DNA of 64,000 nt from Porphyridium purpureum (lineage: Eukaryota), in NCBI GenBank assembly GCA_008690995.1, contig VRMN01000005.1, forward strand, positions 806,001 to 870,000, given 5' to 3'. Under the pieces are notes generated by a model. That model had not been told where the DNA came from. It saw only the letters and a list, made by a program, of their open reading frames with translations, and ran no database searches. The position numbers were made by a program, and so were the translations under genes. Positions 33,463 to 44,114 of this stretch are shown piece after piece (position 1 is the first letter of the stretch; each line of letters starts with the position of its first letter).

Positions 33463-35316
33463 TCATCCTCCAGTCCACGGCCCGCCAACTACGTGCCGTG
33501 CTGCAGGTAGAAGAACTAGTAATCCCACACACAGAAGGAAAGAGGATGAGAAGATTGAAAGTAAAAACACGGATCGCCGACGCCACCACTTGGCGCTGTT
33601 GGCATGCTCTTCGTCACGATGGACTGTCATGGAAGGAGTATCAGCTTTGTCCATGGCTTCGCGCCCCTGGGCGGATCGACGCAACTGAAGACTTGAGATG
33701 GAGCCGTGCTCGACTGCGTGCCTGTTCGAAGCTGGGTGCGAGTATGCTCCATCTGTCTCCAGAATACTAGGGGATCTTTCTACCCCGTTTGCGCGGCCCA
33801 CACTGGCGTCCCTGTCACGCGCATTCGCCTTGAGACTTGGGCCGACGCGTTGCTTGAGCACTTCAGCAAATGTGCGCTGCCGTTCCTCCAAGAATTTGGG
33901 CGAGATGCGATGTCGCTTGATAAAACCGTCAATGTTAATGCCGGTCAATCCCGCACGACCACAGATCTGTGACTTGACGCGAGCTGCGAACTGACTGGCA
34001 CTCTCGCCGGCTCGGATGCGCTGCGGAGGCAGATACCAGACGTCAGCCACCACCGCCCATGACGTCATAAGGTCGAGCAAGTGGCGTGCAAAAGAAGTCT
34101 GTGACGAGTTCCAGTACGCGTCAGCAAAGCGTTTGTCGTAGCGGATGGCGACTGGGTAGACGTCCACGCCCAGCTCGAACGCTCCCTTCTTGAACATAAT
34201 ACAGTATTCGTTGTTCACGCATGTGCCTTCCGGGAAAATCAGCATTGGTTCATTGTCCGGCGAGCTCACGTGTGCCTTGACCAGCGCATGCACTTTGCGC
34301 CGATCGCGGCCTTGTTCGCGGTCGAACCAGACATGGCTCTGCACCGAAATGAGCAGATCCTGTAGCGCGCCCGCAAGGCCGCCGTGACGCTGTCCGATAC
34401 ACGAGAAGGGATAATCCTTGATCAGGATGAAGACGTCCACAAGACTTGTATGATTTGCCACATACACCTGATTGGCTCGCACCTGGGGGCGCTCGCCGTG
34501 GTACCGGATGTACCCGCCCCACGACGCCACAAAGACAGACGCAAAGTAGCATAGCAGGGTCTGCTGCATGCTCTTTCGAAAAGACGGCGTTATCAACATT
34601 CCGCACGGCGTCGACACCAGGAAAAACGCCGCACAAAACGAAAAGGTGCCGACGATGAGCACAAAGACGCGGACGGGCAGGAGCACGCAATAGCGAAACC
34701 ACACGCCGCAGAGCCAGATGGGCAGCAAAAACCATGGAACACCCATTTGTGGCGCGTTGCGCGACAGAAAATTCCACGGCTCTGGCGGCTCCGAGCTGAA
34801 GCAGCGGATCATCGAGTCGGCAGAGACAGACTCGACCGCATCCACAGCAATTTTCATCATGTCCGTAAAGACGCGGCGCGTTCCTGGCGCGGCCGGTATA
34901 TCCGTGCTTCCATGGGCGAATGATGCGCTGCGGGACAGCGCAAGCGTCGCGCGGTATTCGTCCAGCTCTGGATGTGACTGCGCCGCGGCGCCATCTCGTG
35001 CGTGCCGGCGCGTGCGAGCCTCGCCCACATCTTCATCGAACGAATGGCCGTTTCCAGGTCGCGCGGTCCGCCCGGCGTGAGCCTGCGGGGAAAAGTCGCC
35101 GATATCGTCGCCGTCGGTAGGAAACACGTGCGTCTTCCACTCGCGCACGCCGAATTCCAGCTCGCTGTTTATTCTCCGGAGTCTTGAGTCGCCGTTGACA
35201 TTCCTGGGACTCTCTGCCGCTCGAATGGCCTCCTTGCCATAGACCACCTCGGCCATGCGCTCCAGCAGCCCAATGTACATTCTGCGCACCACATACACAG
35301 TGCGAAACTCCCACAT
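33463..35316 (-). CDS. ER glycerol-3-phosphate acyltransferase (GPAT9/GPAT3-4-like)
   Basis: PEPWNFL, VYVANHTSLVD (HxxxxD), HVWFDR, LIFPEGTCVNN, MFKKGAFE, LMTSWAVVADVWYLPP. Confidence 0.92.
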   Translation of the reverse strand: MWEFRTVYVVRRMYIGLLERMAEVVYGKEAIRAAESPRNVNGDSRLRRINSELEFGVREWKTHVFPTDGDDIGDFSPQAHAGRTARPGNGHSFDEDVGEARTRRHARDGAAAQSHPELDEYRATLALSRSASFAHGSTDIPAAPGTRRVFTDMMKIAVDAVESVSADSMIRCFSSEPPEPWNFLSRNAPQMGVPWFLLPIWLCGVWFRYCVLLPVRVFVLIVGTFSFCAAFFLVSTPCGMLITPSFRKSMQQTLLCYFASVFVASWGGYIRYHGERPQVRANQVYVANHTSLVDVFILIKDYPFSCIGQRHGGLAGALQDLLISVQSHVWFDREQGRDRRKVHALVKAHVSSPDNEPMLIFPEGTCVNNEYCIMFKKGAFELGVDVYPVAIRYDKRFADAYWNSSQTSFARHLLDLMTSWAVVADVWYLPPQRIRAGESASQFAARVKSQICGRAGLTGINIDGFIKRHRISPKFLEERQRTFAEVLKQRVGPSLKANARDRDASVGRANGVERSPSILETDGAYSHPASNRHAVEHGSISSLQLRRSAQGREAMDKADTPSMTVHRDEEHANSAKWWRRRSVFLLSIFSSSFLLCVGLLVLLPAARHVVGGPWTGG

Positions 35317-35349
35317 GCCGCCGTGGCGGGTGCGGCGCGCTCGCAGCCC

Positions 35350-35410
35350 CCTGCTGCGCGCAACACCGCCTGCTGCGCGCAACACCGCCTGCTGCGCGCA
35401 ACACCGCCTG
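35350..35410. repeat. 19-bp perfect tandem repeat x3 (CCTGCTGCGCGCAACACCG) just upstream of the GPAT ATG
   Basis: Read directly. Confidence 0.9.
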
Positions 35411-36970
35411 ATGCGTGCCTGTAACCCCCCTCCTCTCCCCCCGTCTGCCCTCCCACACACACCTCCCCGCCGCGTCCCCACGCCACCACAACGAACCACA
35501 CATACTCACACTCCTGTTCGCACCACGGCTCCCACCTGCTACGCCATGTCCATCCACATCATCACCTAGTTCTTCCCGGTTCAAACCGCTTAGAACCGGT
35601 AAACCGTAAACTGACCACATCGTTAAGCGTACCTCCATTGGGGACGAGCCTCGCTGTACCTCTGCGGTTCAACGAGCGCCGCACCGCTCGCAGATGCGCT
35701 TCCGTTTGTGAGCTGCGTCTCGGCTCGTCGACAAGGTGGCGTGCGGTCGTTCTGTGCGCGCATCTTGTCTTTTCGGGAGTCTCGGCACCCATTTGCGAGC
35801 TGCAGCGCACTGCCTCGTAGATAGACACAGCTTGCACGCGCGCGCGCCGCCGTACGCGTGCGTGGCATGTGTGTGCGCCGTCGCTGTTGTTTGGGTCTGG
35901 CACTGGAGCCACGAGCTGGGTTTGTGACAATGGGTTGAACAGTAGTACACCGCAATACAGCTGCGTGTGCCGCGCAGTGCAGCCCAACCTGCATTGCCCG
36001 GGGGAACCTCAGCATTTCAATGGAACCGACCGCTTCCTGCCCGCGTCGAGGCCTGGCCAGACGACGCGACGGTCACGAATACTGGCACATGCCCGGCGAA
36101 ACCGTCCGAATGATTCACAATGACCAGCACGCACGCACGCACGCCGGCGGCGCTCGGACGTCACCGCAGACGCCGCACGTGCAGCCGTGCGGCTGGCGTG
36201 CCACACCGCCACGCACCGACGTCACTCCCTCCCTGCCACGCGCACTGCGCTCACGCTCGCGCCGCCGTACCTCCCGCGGCTGCTTCCACGTCGCACGGCG
36301 TACATGTCGCGCTGTACCCTTCGTACCTCGCCGCCGGCCTTGCTTGCGCGCGAACCCCTGCCCCCCACCGGCGCCTCCTCACCCACTGGGCCCCCCCACC
36401 GGGTTTCACCGGGCAGGATCGAGCACGCGCGGGTGCGCGGCGGCGCATCAAAAACACGCGCGGTGTGCTATTTTCATCAATGATTCTTCGCGGAAGCGCT
36501 AGTGCGTACACGTTGAATACACACACCCCCGTCACCCTCGTCACTCCGGTGCATATCTAGATATGTGTGTGTGTGTATGTGTCACTCTGTGTGTGATCAC
36601 GGAAATGGGCTGTTTGGGTACATGATGTGGATGAGGGAACGGAGGAAGGGGAAAAAGAAACCGCGCGCACCGCACCGCTCCGCTCCGCTTTGATTGATGG
36701 ACGCGTGCGCGGGCGGCGGGATTAGGGAAAGAAGGGGGAAGACGGGTGGGTGGGTGGATGGATGAGTTGGAGCGGGACGACGGACGGTGGGGAAGAAGTG
36801 GCGGCGGGGTGTGTGAGAGGGTAGGGTGGGGGTGGTGGAAGTGAGGAGAGTGGGGGAGGATGTGGGTGAAGAGGAACGATAGGGGGAACGGTGGAACGGT
36901 AGAGCTGAAGAGGAGAGAGACGGGAAGGGGGTGTTAGGGGTAGAGGGTGGAGTGAGGTGGTGGGGGCGCG

Positions 36971-38746
36971 ATGGAGCGGGCCGCGGTAGGGTTTGTGCCG
37001 GCGGGCTGGGCGCGCGCGGCGCGGATGTGCGCTGAGGAGGGATGCGGGCGTCCGTGCTGCGCCGCGCGTTGCGCGCGCGCGGCAGCGGCGCGGCCGGTGC
37101 GCATGGCGGCGGGCGGCGCCGCCGCAGAGAACGGAAACGGCGCCACGCCGCCGGAGCCGGCGCAGAAGACGGGGTTCCGCCAGAAGCTCGCCGAACAGCT
37201 GCCGACGGCCAGAGAAGCCAAGAAGCTCGTGCCGCTCGGGCTCATGTTCTTCATGATTCTGTTCAATTATACCATTTTGCGCGACACAAAGGACGTGCTT
37301 GTCGTGACGGCCGCCGGCGCAGAAATCATCCCGTACCTCAAGACCTACTGCAACTTGCCGGGCGCAATCCTGTTCACCGTGGTGTACTCGGCGCTGTCGA
37401 ACCGCGTGTCCCGCGAGAACCTCTTCTACATGTGCCTCTTTCCGTTCGTGGCGTTTTTCCTCGCATTCGGCTTTATCATGTACCCGAACACCGCCGCGCT
37501 GCATCCAGTCGCCGCCGTGGCGCACTTCAAGACGCTGCTGCCTGCCGGCCTGCAGTCGGGCCTGCAGCCGTTCCTCGCCATCATTGAGAACTGGACGTTT
37601 GCCCTCTTCTACACGCTGGCTGAATTGTGGGGATCCGTCATTGTCAGCCTGCTGTTCTGGGGCTTTGCGAACGAGATCACCAGCGTCAAGGAAGCCGAAA
37701 AGTACTACCCGCTGTTTGGGTTGGGCGCGAACGTGGCGCTCATTTTCTCGGGCCAGTATGTGCGCTTTGTGTCCGACGTTCGCCGCAACTTGGCGCCCGG
37801 CGTGGACGGATGGGCATTGTCGCTCAAGTACCTCATGTCGGCGATCGGAGTGGGCGGCGCTATCATCATGGGGCTGTACAAATACATGCAAGAGAAAGTG
37901 GTGAAAAACCCAGAGCTCGTAAACGCCAAGACCGCGAACAAGGCCAAGAAAAAGAAGCCCAAGGCGTCGCTCAGCATGGTCGAGTCCGCAAAGTATCTGG
38001 CAAGTTCATCATACATCCGCAGTCTCGCAGCCATGGTGATTGGGTACGGCATGAGCATCAACATTGTTGAGGTCACGTGGAAGTCTCGGCTGCGCGCGGC
38101 GTTCCCAGACCCGAACGACTATTCGTCGTTCATGGGCAACTTTTCGACGGCAACAGGCTCGGCCACGTTTGTGCTCATGCTTGCCGGCCGTTTCATCTTC
38201 CAGAAATTCGGCTGGGCCACGGCCGCGCTGATCACGCCCGTCGTGCTGGGCATCACGGGCGTGATGTTCTTTGCGCTCACACTGTTCGGCCCGCAGCTCG
38301 CGCCGCTGGTGCAGAGATTGGGCACGACGCCGCTGATGCTCGCCGTGATGGTGGGTGCGGTGCAAAACGTCATGTCAAAAGGCAGCAAGTACGCGTTCTT
38401 CGACCCGTGCAAGGAGATGGCTTATATTCCGCTCGACGACGAGCAAAAGTCAAAGGGGAAGGCTGCCGTCGACGTGATTGGAAACCCGCTGGGCAAGTCT
38501 GGTGGTTCTTTCATTCAGCAGGTACTGATTTTCTCTCTGGGATCACTAGCGGCATCCACGCCTTACCTGGCTGGAATTCTGATGACGCTCGTCGTTATGT
38601 GGATCGGCGCCGCTAACACACTCGCAAAGCAGTTCAAGGAGAAGCAAGGCGAAATGCGGGCCGAAGAACTGGAAGAAGAAGCCATCTTGAAGGCTGAAGC
38701 TCAGTCGGCAGGTGGCTCGCCGGCGGCGCCTCGTCCGGCAACTTGA
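36971..38746 (+). CDS. Plastid ATP/ADP translocase (NTT/TLC family)
   Basis: Transit peptide MERAAVGFVP; FNYTILRDTKD, AELWGSV, FWGFANEIT, KEMAYIPLD, KGKAAVDV, GKSGGSFIQQ. Confidence 0.96.
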   Translation: MERAAVGFVPAGWARAARMCAEEGCGRPCCAARCARAAAARPVRMAAGGAAAENGNGATPPEPAQKTGFRQKLAEQLPTAREAKKLVPLGLMFFMILFNYTILRDTKDVLVVTAAGAEIIPYLKTYCNLPGAILFTVVYSALSNRVSRENLFYMCLFPFVAFFLAFGFIMYPNTAALHPVAAVAHFKTLLPAGLQSGLQPFLAIIENWTFALFYTLAELWGSVIVSLLFWGFANEITSVKEAEKYYPLFGLGANVALIFSGQYVRFVSDVRRNLAPGVDGWALSLKYLMSAIGVGGAIIMGLYKYMQEKVVKNPELVNAKTANKAKKKKPKASLSMVESAKYLASSSYIRSLAAMVIGYGMSINIVEVTWKSRLRAAFPDPNDYSSFMGNFSTATGSATFVLMLAGRFIFQKFGWATAALITPVVLGITGVMFFALTLFGPQLAPLVQRLGTTPLMLAVMVGAVQNVMSKGSKYAFFDPCKEMAYIPLDDEQKSKGKAAVDVIGNPLGKSGGSFIQQVLIFSLGSLAASTPYLAGILMTLVVMWIGAANTLAKQFKEKQGEMRAEELEEEAILKAEAQSAGGSPAAPRPAT

Positions 38747-38956
38747 AAGGAGTAGAGAGTGTCTCGCCCTTTTGGGCCGCCTCTTATCTTGTTTTTCTTT
38801 GGTCTTTTAATCCCTTCGCTAAAAAAAAAAAAAAAAAAAGGAAAGTCGTGAACAAGTCGAGATCTTTGTAGTTACGTTGTTAGCTTGGGCGTCATCTTCG
38901 ACTGCTGCAGACCGGCGCGGAATGTATTGAACCCCACGACAATTTGCGCGCACAAG

Positions 38957-40387
38957 CTAAGCTGGCGAGTCTTCAAACACCAGTTTTTTCAGATGCAAAA
39001 ATGAGTCGAGACTTATGCCTCGTTGGGCCAGCTCCTGCTCCGCGCACAGACATGCTTCGCGCGCACGCGCCGTGAAAATTGCGTGCTTAATAACCTCCAA
39101 CGCTGTCGAACAAGCGCCCTGGCTGGTGCTCAAACTCTCCGCCGCTTTGCCAGTGGCACTGGCGGAGCGTGCCGCAGAGCTTATTTTCGAGATACACGAT
39201 CGCGCTTCGACGAGCTCGCCGCGCGCAATGGCGGCGTAAATCTTTCCGGGAGACTCTGCCACGGCAGCCCACGCAAACACACGTTGCACCAGTGCACGGA
39301 CTAGGTCCAATGCCTTGACCGAGTCCGTTTCATACCGAAGCACTTTGACCAACGTTCTCACCTCCTTTTCGTGGGTTGAACCCGTTCCTGGCCTGGGGCC
39401 GGGTCCAAGCGCGTGTCTCTCTGAGCTGTATCCCGTGGCCTGGTGCTGAGCGTTTCCGGACGGATTGGATCCGTGATCCGCCGTCCGTGGGCGTTTCTGT
39501 GGATTCTGCTCTTCATCATTTCGCCATGCCGCATGCCATGATCCACTGTTGCTGGGTTCAGCTGCAACAGGCTTTCTCCGGAGGATCTCCTGATTCCGCG
39601 GACTCTCCTCGCTACCCCACAGACTTGCAATGCGCCGTTTCGGAACAGGCTTCGTCGACTCTGCTGCTCCGGCGCTCGCATTCTCTGTCTTGCCGCCAGA
39701 CTCCACGCCAGCGGTGCTCGGATTGGGCGCTGTGGACGTCCGAATATGTGCTGCAACCCCTTCCGGGTCGCTTGCGACACGATCCCGCACCGCTCCTTCC
39801 AATTGCGCCAGAGTCATGCCCAGTACTCTCGGCGCCTGCACGGCGTGCGCATCTGGGCCACTTCCAGCGACGGGATTCCAGCGCATGCAGCACCACGTGC
39901 CGTGTTCCAAGCTTGCCTGCTCGCTAGCATTCTCATGCGCGCGAGATGGAGTGCATATGCATGGCACTCTCGTTAATTCTGTAGCGTACGCCCTGAGCAT
40001 GGACAGCTTGTCTGATCCAGCAAGGGCGGTCGAATCTGTCGAAGCGTTGAGCGCACCTCCCTTTGACACGGCTCGCGCGGCTTCTCCATCCAATGCGCTA
40101 GACGCTGCCGCAAGCTGTGGCGCTTTCGCAGCTGCGTTCTCACTCTGTGCGCGAGATTGCTGGACACCTGGTGGCGGTGCGCCCGCTTCGCCCAACTTGC
40201 GCGCGGGCGCAGCCATCCGCTCGCGTAGCAGCGAACCGTGCACCAAAACAGAGCGCGACACGTCGAGCGGCAGCAGCGCGCTCTGCACGCGCGGCAACAG
40301 AACATCCGCGAATGAGCTGTCCCAGCGCGCATCCAGCGCCGCTTGGATCCGCATCATCTCTTGCTCCTTTTTCGGTTTCGCGTCCAT
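38957..40387 (-). CDS. Hypothetical protein
   Basis: 476-aa ATG-started ORF filling the gap between NTT and MCM2; helical-looking C-terminus. No family recognised. Confidence 0.6.
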   Translation of the reverse strand: MDAKPKKEQEMMRIQAALDARWDSSFADVLLPRVQSALLPLDVSRSVLVHGSLLRERMAAPARKLGEAGAPPPGVQQSRAQSENAAAKAPQLAAASSALDGEAARAVSKGGALNASTDSTALAGSDKLSMLRAYATELTRVPCICTPSRAHENASEQASLEHGTWCCMRWNPVAGSGPDAHAVQAPRVLGMTLAQLEGAVRDRVASDPEGVAAHIRTSTAPNPSTAGVESGGKTENASAGAAESTKPVPKRRIASLWGSEESPRNQEILRRKPVAAEPSNSGSWHAAWRNDEEQNPQKRPRTADHGSNPSGNAQHQATGYSSERHALGPGPRPGTGSTHEKEVRTLVKVLRYETDSVKALDLVRALVQRVFAWAAVAESPGKIYAAIARGELVEARSCISKISSAARSASATGKAAESLSTSQGACSTALEVIKHAIFTARAREACLCAEQELAQRGISLDSFLHLKKLVFEDSPA

Positions 40388-40661
40388 CGCGGCATGCCAC
40401 TTTCAACATCACACACCTTCGCGCGCCGCTCTGACATCCCCTTGTGCCTCCCACATGCACGCAGGCCATTCTGCGGCGACGCAACGACGGATAATCAGGC
40501 AACGATCGCAAGACCAGAAGAGATCTTTGGAATCGAGAGGAGACTGGCACTTCACACGCGCGTGACGCGCTGGTGTGCGCTGCCGGCGGCGTTTGCGGCC
40601 GCGCCAAGGTGATGCAGATGTGAAGATTTGTATTTATCTTTGACGCAACGGAGCTCTCGTG

Positions 40662-43600
40662 TTACGCGCGCTGCAGGAGCTTGACGATTTTGCGCGAATC
40701 GCGGTGCAGTATGAAGTCGCGCTGCGAAAACGACGCGCTCTTGTAAAATGCGTCCAGGTTGAGCGTCTGAATGCCGAGCTCAGCGGCACGCGCCTCAAAG
40801 TCGTCCAGTTCGAGCTCGACCTGCCCGGACGCCGCCACCTTGTGGCGATTTGCGCTGGCATAGTCACGAACTAGCGCAGTGAGCACGTAGAAAAGAATGT
40901 CGTTGGCGTTGCGCGCGTACTGCAGGAAGCGGTGGAAAGTGCGCTTGAGCCCGCGCATCACCGAGTACTTTTGGCTCTGGAAGAATGATTCGAGCACAAT
41001 GGCGATCGCCGCGTCAAGGTCCTGGTCTGTCACATACTCGCGCAGGTGCATGCGCGCATGCGCCTCGGTGATGCGCACAAGAGACTCGAGGTGTCGCACG
41101 GAGATGGGCAAACCGCCCGTAGCCACTGACTCGTGCCTCAACTGCACGTATAACCTCGTGAGCTTGTCCTCATCCAGATTATTGAGCCGCGGCTGCACGA
41201 AGCGACGTGCATACAGGAGATACTTGCGCAGCGTCGTCTGAGGAATCAGCTGGATACCCGAGTCACTCATGAGTGCGTCACCGAGACCGCTCTGCGGCAC
41301 CCTCGGCTGGTCGCGGCTGTAGGTTTGGTTCGCGTCCATGGCCAGCTCCATATCGTCCTTGGGATGGGATGCGACGTGCGAATCCACCACAAACTTGGCC
41401 AGAGTCTCGTCCGCGCTCGCGTCTGGATGGTCCCGCACCACAAGCAGAATGTCAAATCGCGAAAGGATTGGCTCCGTAAGGTCGACATTCTCGAAGAAGG
41501 ATAGAGACGGGTCGTAGCGGCCCTTCAGCGGGTTGGCCGCAGCTATCACGGAGCAGCGCGCCTGCAGACTTGTGACAATCCCGGCTTTTGAGATCGAGAT
41601 GCTTTGCTGCTCCATGGCTTCATGAATTGACGTGCGGTCTTGATCATTCATCTTGTCAAACTCGTCAATGAGGCAAACACCGCGATCCGCAAGGACAAGC
41701 GCGCCGCCCTCCAGCGTCCATTCGCGCGTGACGGGGTCCTTGCGCACTGCGGCGGTGAGGCCAACGGCGGATGCGCCCTTTCCGGTTGTGAAGACCGCGC
41801 GGTTGGCCGTCTTTTCGATATACTTCAAAATCTGTGACTTGGCTGTGCCCGGGTCGCCCAGGAGCAGCACGTTAATATCGCCCCTGGTTCGATGACCGTC
41901 ACCGACCACTTTAGAGACGCCGCTGAACAGCGCGTGCGCCACGGCGGTTTTGATGTCACGGTGCCCGTATATGGATGGCGCGATCGATGCCACGATGCGC
42001 TCGGCAATGCGCGGATCCGCGGCCAAGGTGCGCAACTCATTCATGTCCTCATCGCTAAGCTCAATGTCGGCGTGCGCGTCTTCCATCTTCCGCACGTGGT
42101 TCGCGTGGATGCCCGTGGAAAATACCGGGAAGCCGTTCTTGATGTTTGCGCTGATGTCCACATTGTGCTGGAAAATGCCGGTGACCTCGATCTCGTCACC
42201 CGGCCGCGCCATGTCGATAAGATCTCCTGTCATGATCACATCCTTGTAGCGCGGAAGACGGCCCGCAGGAACGCTTCCCGGAGCCTCCTGGAGCGTGAGC
42301 TTTTGGTAGTTCCCAAAGATACTCTGCTCCGAGTTCACGGAAAACGGCCCGCGAGAGCCGCACTGCGGGCAGTGCTGGACCATCCTCTCAGGCTCAGCGT
42401 GCGAGGTCGCATGTGGGCTCAGCACCTCACCACAGGCTCGGCAGTCCAGCTTTACGAGCTTGAGCTGCGGAAAGACGCTCGTGCGCCGCGTCACGACACC
42501 ACCCACTTTGATCAGGCAGTTCAGATGGATGTGCCGGATGTCGCGCAGGTTGTCTAGGATGGGCAATTCGGCAATACGCACAAATACTTCCGGGTGGATC
42601 GCGCCATATTCGGGGAAGAACTCGAGGGTGACCTGGAACGCCTCGCTGTCTAACAGGGGTAGCATCTCGGCCGGTGCGTCTGCCACCCACACCGCAAGCA
42701 CAGGGTCATAGCTGACGAGGTGACCGTATGAAACCACCACGCTCTGCCGATTCTCCGCGCACATGATGCGAATCTTGCTTTTGTACACAGAGGCGCCGGT
42801 CCGGTCGTCCGAGCAGTGGCGTAAAAAGTCGCCAAATCGCCGGCGCACATCGCGCCGCACGCGCTCTTGCTTTAGCCAGTCGGACAGCGCACCCTGGACA
42901 TTCTCAATTGCATAGTTGGGATCATCGTCGAACGCCAGCTCAGCGTCGCCAGACATTCCCACAGAGCCGGCACGGCCCAATAGCGCTGTAGCGGCCGAGC
43001 CGTTCTGGCTGTATGACGGCGTGGAGCGGTCGTCTGGCGACGGCACGTCACCGTTTTGATTCGCAGCGGCACCAGACGCCAGCGCGTGATTCACGTTGCG
43101 GCGGAAGCCGCGCGGCACGGGGCCAGCGAGTGGCTCGTCGGGGCCCAGAAGCGCGGCGGGCAGCCGACGCAGAGCGCCGGTTCGATCATTGAAGCGGCCC
43201 TCGGCAAAGTCACGTTGCTGCATAATACGCTCAGCATCTCGGCGCGTGCGCGGGTCCAGCCGCGAGGCGCTCTCGGCCTCGGCGACAGAGTCTACTTCAT
43301 AGCGGTCCAGCTCCTCGACGCGCTCGTAATCCTCCATGAGCTCGTCACCATACAGGTCCTCGCCTTCCTCTTCCTCCTCGTCTCCGTCGCCATCCTCCTG
43401 ATCAGAGCGCTCCGGGTCGCGATCCGAGTCGTCCTCCCCGGCACCAGCCTCGCCGCGCATCTCGAGGGGCGTCATGGGCGTATGAGGCGTGTGCGGTGTC
43501 GCAGAGAACCGCCGCGGCGTGGGCTGCGAAAACTGGGTTCCTGCCGCAAGCACATCCTCCTCCGCCTCGTCCCCGTCCTCGCGCACCGACTGCACCGCCT

Positions 43601-43703
43601 CCCCTCGCGCGCGAGCCACATGTCTCGTCTGCTCCTCCTCATCTGCGTCCACGTCGTCCACAGCCCGTCGCGCCGCGCGCGTCCTCTTTGTGCCTCCAGC
43701 CAT
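40662..43703 (-). CDS. MCM2: DNA replication licensing factor MCM2
   Basis: Acidic N-terminus with GEDLY...DY...LDRYE, C4 zinc finger, GDPGTAKSQ, IDEFDKM, IHEAMEQQSISISKAGIV, SRFD. Confidence 0.97.
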   Translation of the reverse strand: MAGGTKRTRAARRAVDDVDADEEEQTRHVARARGEAVQSVREDGDEAEEDVLAAGTQFSQPTPRRFSATPHTPHTPMTPLEMRGEAGAGEDDSDRDPERSDQEDGDGDEEEEEGEDLYGDELMEDYERVEELDRYEVDSVAEAESASRLDPRTRRDAERIMQQRDFAEGRFNDRTGALRRLPAALLGPDEPLAGPVPRGFRRNVNHALASGAAANQNGDVPSPDDRSTPSYSQNGSAATALLGRAGSVGMSGDAELAFDDDPNYAIENVQGALSDWLKQERVRRDVRRRFGDFLRHCSDDRTGASVYKSKIRIMCAENRQSVVVSYGHLVSYDPVLAVWVADAPAEMLPLLDSEAFQVTLEFFPEYGAIHPEVFVRIAELPILDNLRDIRHIHLNCLIKVGGVVTRRTSVFPQLKLVKLDCRACGEVLSPHATSHAEPERMVQHCPQCGSRGPFSVNSEQSIFGNYQKLTLQEAPGSVPAGRLPRYKDVIMTGDLIDMARPGDEIEVTGIFQHNVDISANIKNGFPVFSTGIHANHVRKMEDAHADIELSDEDMNELRTLAADPRIAERIVASIAPSIYGHRDIKTAVAHALFSGVSKVVGDGHRTRGDINVLLLGDPGTAKSQILKYIEKTANRAVFTTGKGASAVGLTAAVRKDPVTREWTLEGGALVLADRGVCLIDEFDKMNDQDRTSIHEAMEQQSISISKAGIVTSLQARCSVIAAANPLKGRYDPSLSFFENVDLTEPILSRFDILLVVRDHPDASADETLAKFVVDSHVASHPKDDMELAMDANQTYSRDQPRVPQSGLGDALMSDSGIQLIPQTTLRKYLLYARRFVQPRLNNLDEDKLTRLYVQLRHESVATGGLPISVRHLESLVRITEAHARMHLREYVTDQDLDAAIAIVLESFFQSQKYSVMRGLKRTFHRFLQYARNANDILFYVLTALVRDYASANRHKVAASGQVELELDDFEARAAELGIQTLNLDAFYKSASFSQRDFILHRDSRKIVKLLQRA

Positions 43704-43805
43704 CCTACTCTCCCAACCACGCCACCCAATCCACTCTTTCCCCCCTTCACTGCACTGTTCGCACCAGCCACAGCACCACTACCACCACCACTCACAGCAC
43801 CAGCG

Positions 43806-43829
43806 ACAACAACAACAACAGCAATAACC

Positions 43830-43875
<46 letters not shown>

Positions 43876-43906
43876 CAGCAGCAGTAACAGCAGCAACCGC
43901 AGCAGC
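43806..43906. repeat. (CAA)n/(CAG)n trinucleotide microsatellite upstream of MCM2
   Basis: Long perfect CAG run at ~43830-43872, plus degenerate CAGTAA units. Confidence 0.9.
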
Positions 43907-44016
43907 ACCACGCACGCGCCTCCGTCTCTGCTCTTCACGCCCCTCCTTCTCTCTCTGCCCGCCCTTTAACACACCTCCGCAGACCCCCCTTCTTCAACCC
44001 CCCTATGACGCCATTC

Positions 44017-44046
44017 TTCGCGCCAAAACGGCGTTTCGCGCCAAAA
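44017..44046. promoter_or_regulatory. Two tandem E2F/DP binding sites upstream of MCM2
   Basis: TTCGCGCCAAAA (44017-44028) and TTTCGCGCCAAAA (44034-44046) match the TTTSSCGC consensus; ~315-345 bp upstream of the MCM2 ATG. Confidence 0.75.
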
Positions 44047-44114
44047 TTCGTCGCGCCGCAAAGTGCCACTTTTTTAATGTGTTTTTTAATTTCATTGAGC
44101 GGGTCATTTCAACA

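Noticed and set aside
35350..35410. 19-bp direct repeats as a CRISPR array
   Set aside because: Head-to-tail with no spacers, no cas genes, eukaryotic context.
36971..38746. Chlamydial-type NTT as a new horizontal transfer
   Set aside because: A well-known ancient acquisition shared across Archaeplastida.
38821..38839. A19 run as a retroelement tail
   Set aside because: No target-site duplication or element body; it sits in the NTT 3' region.
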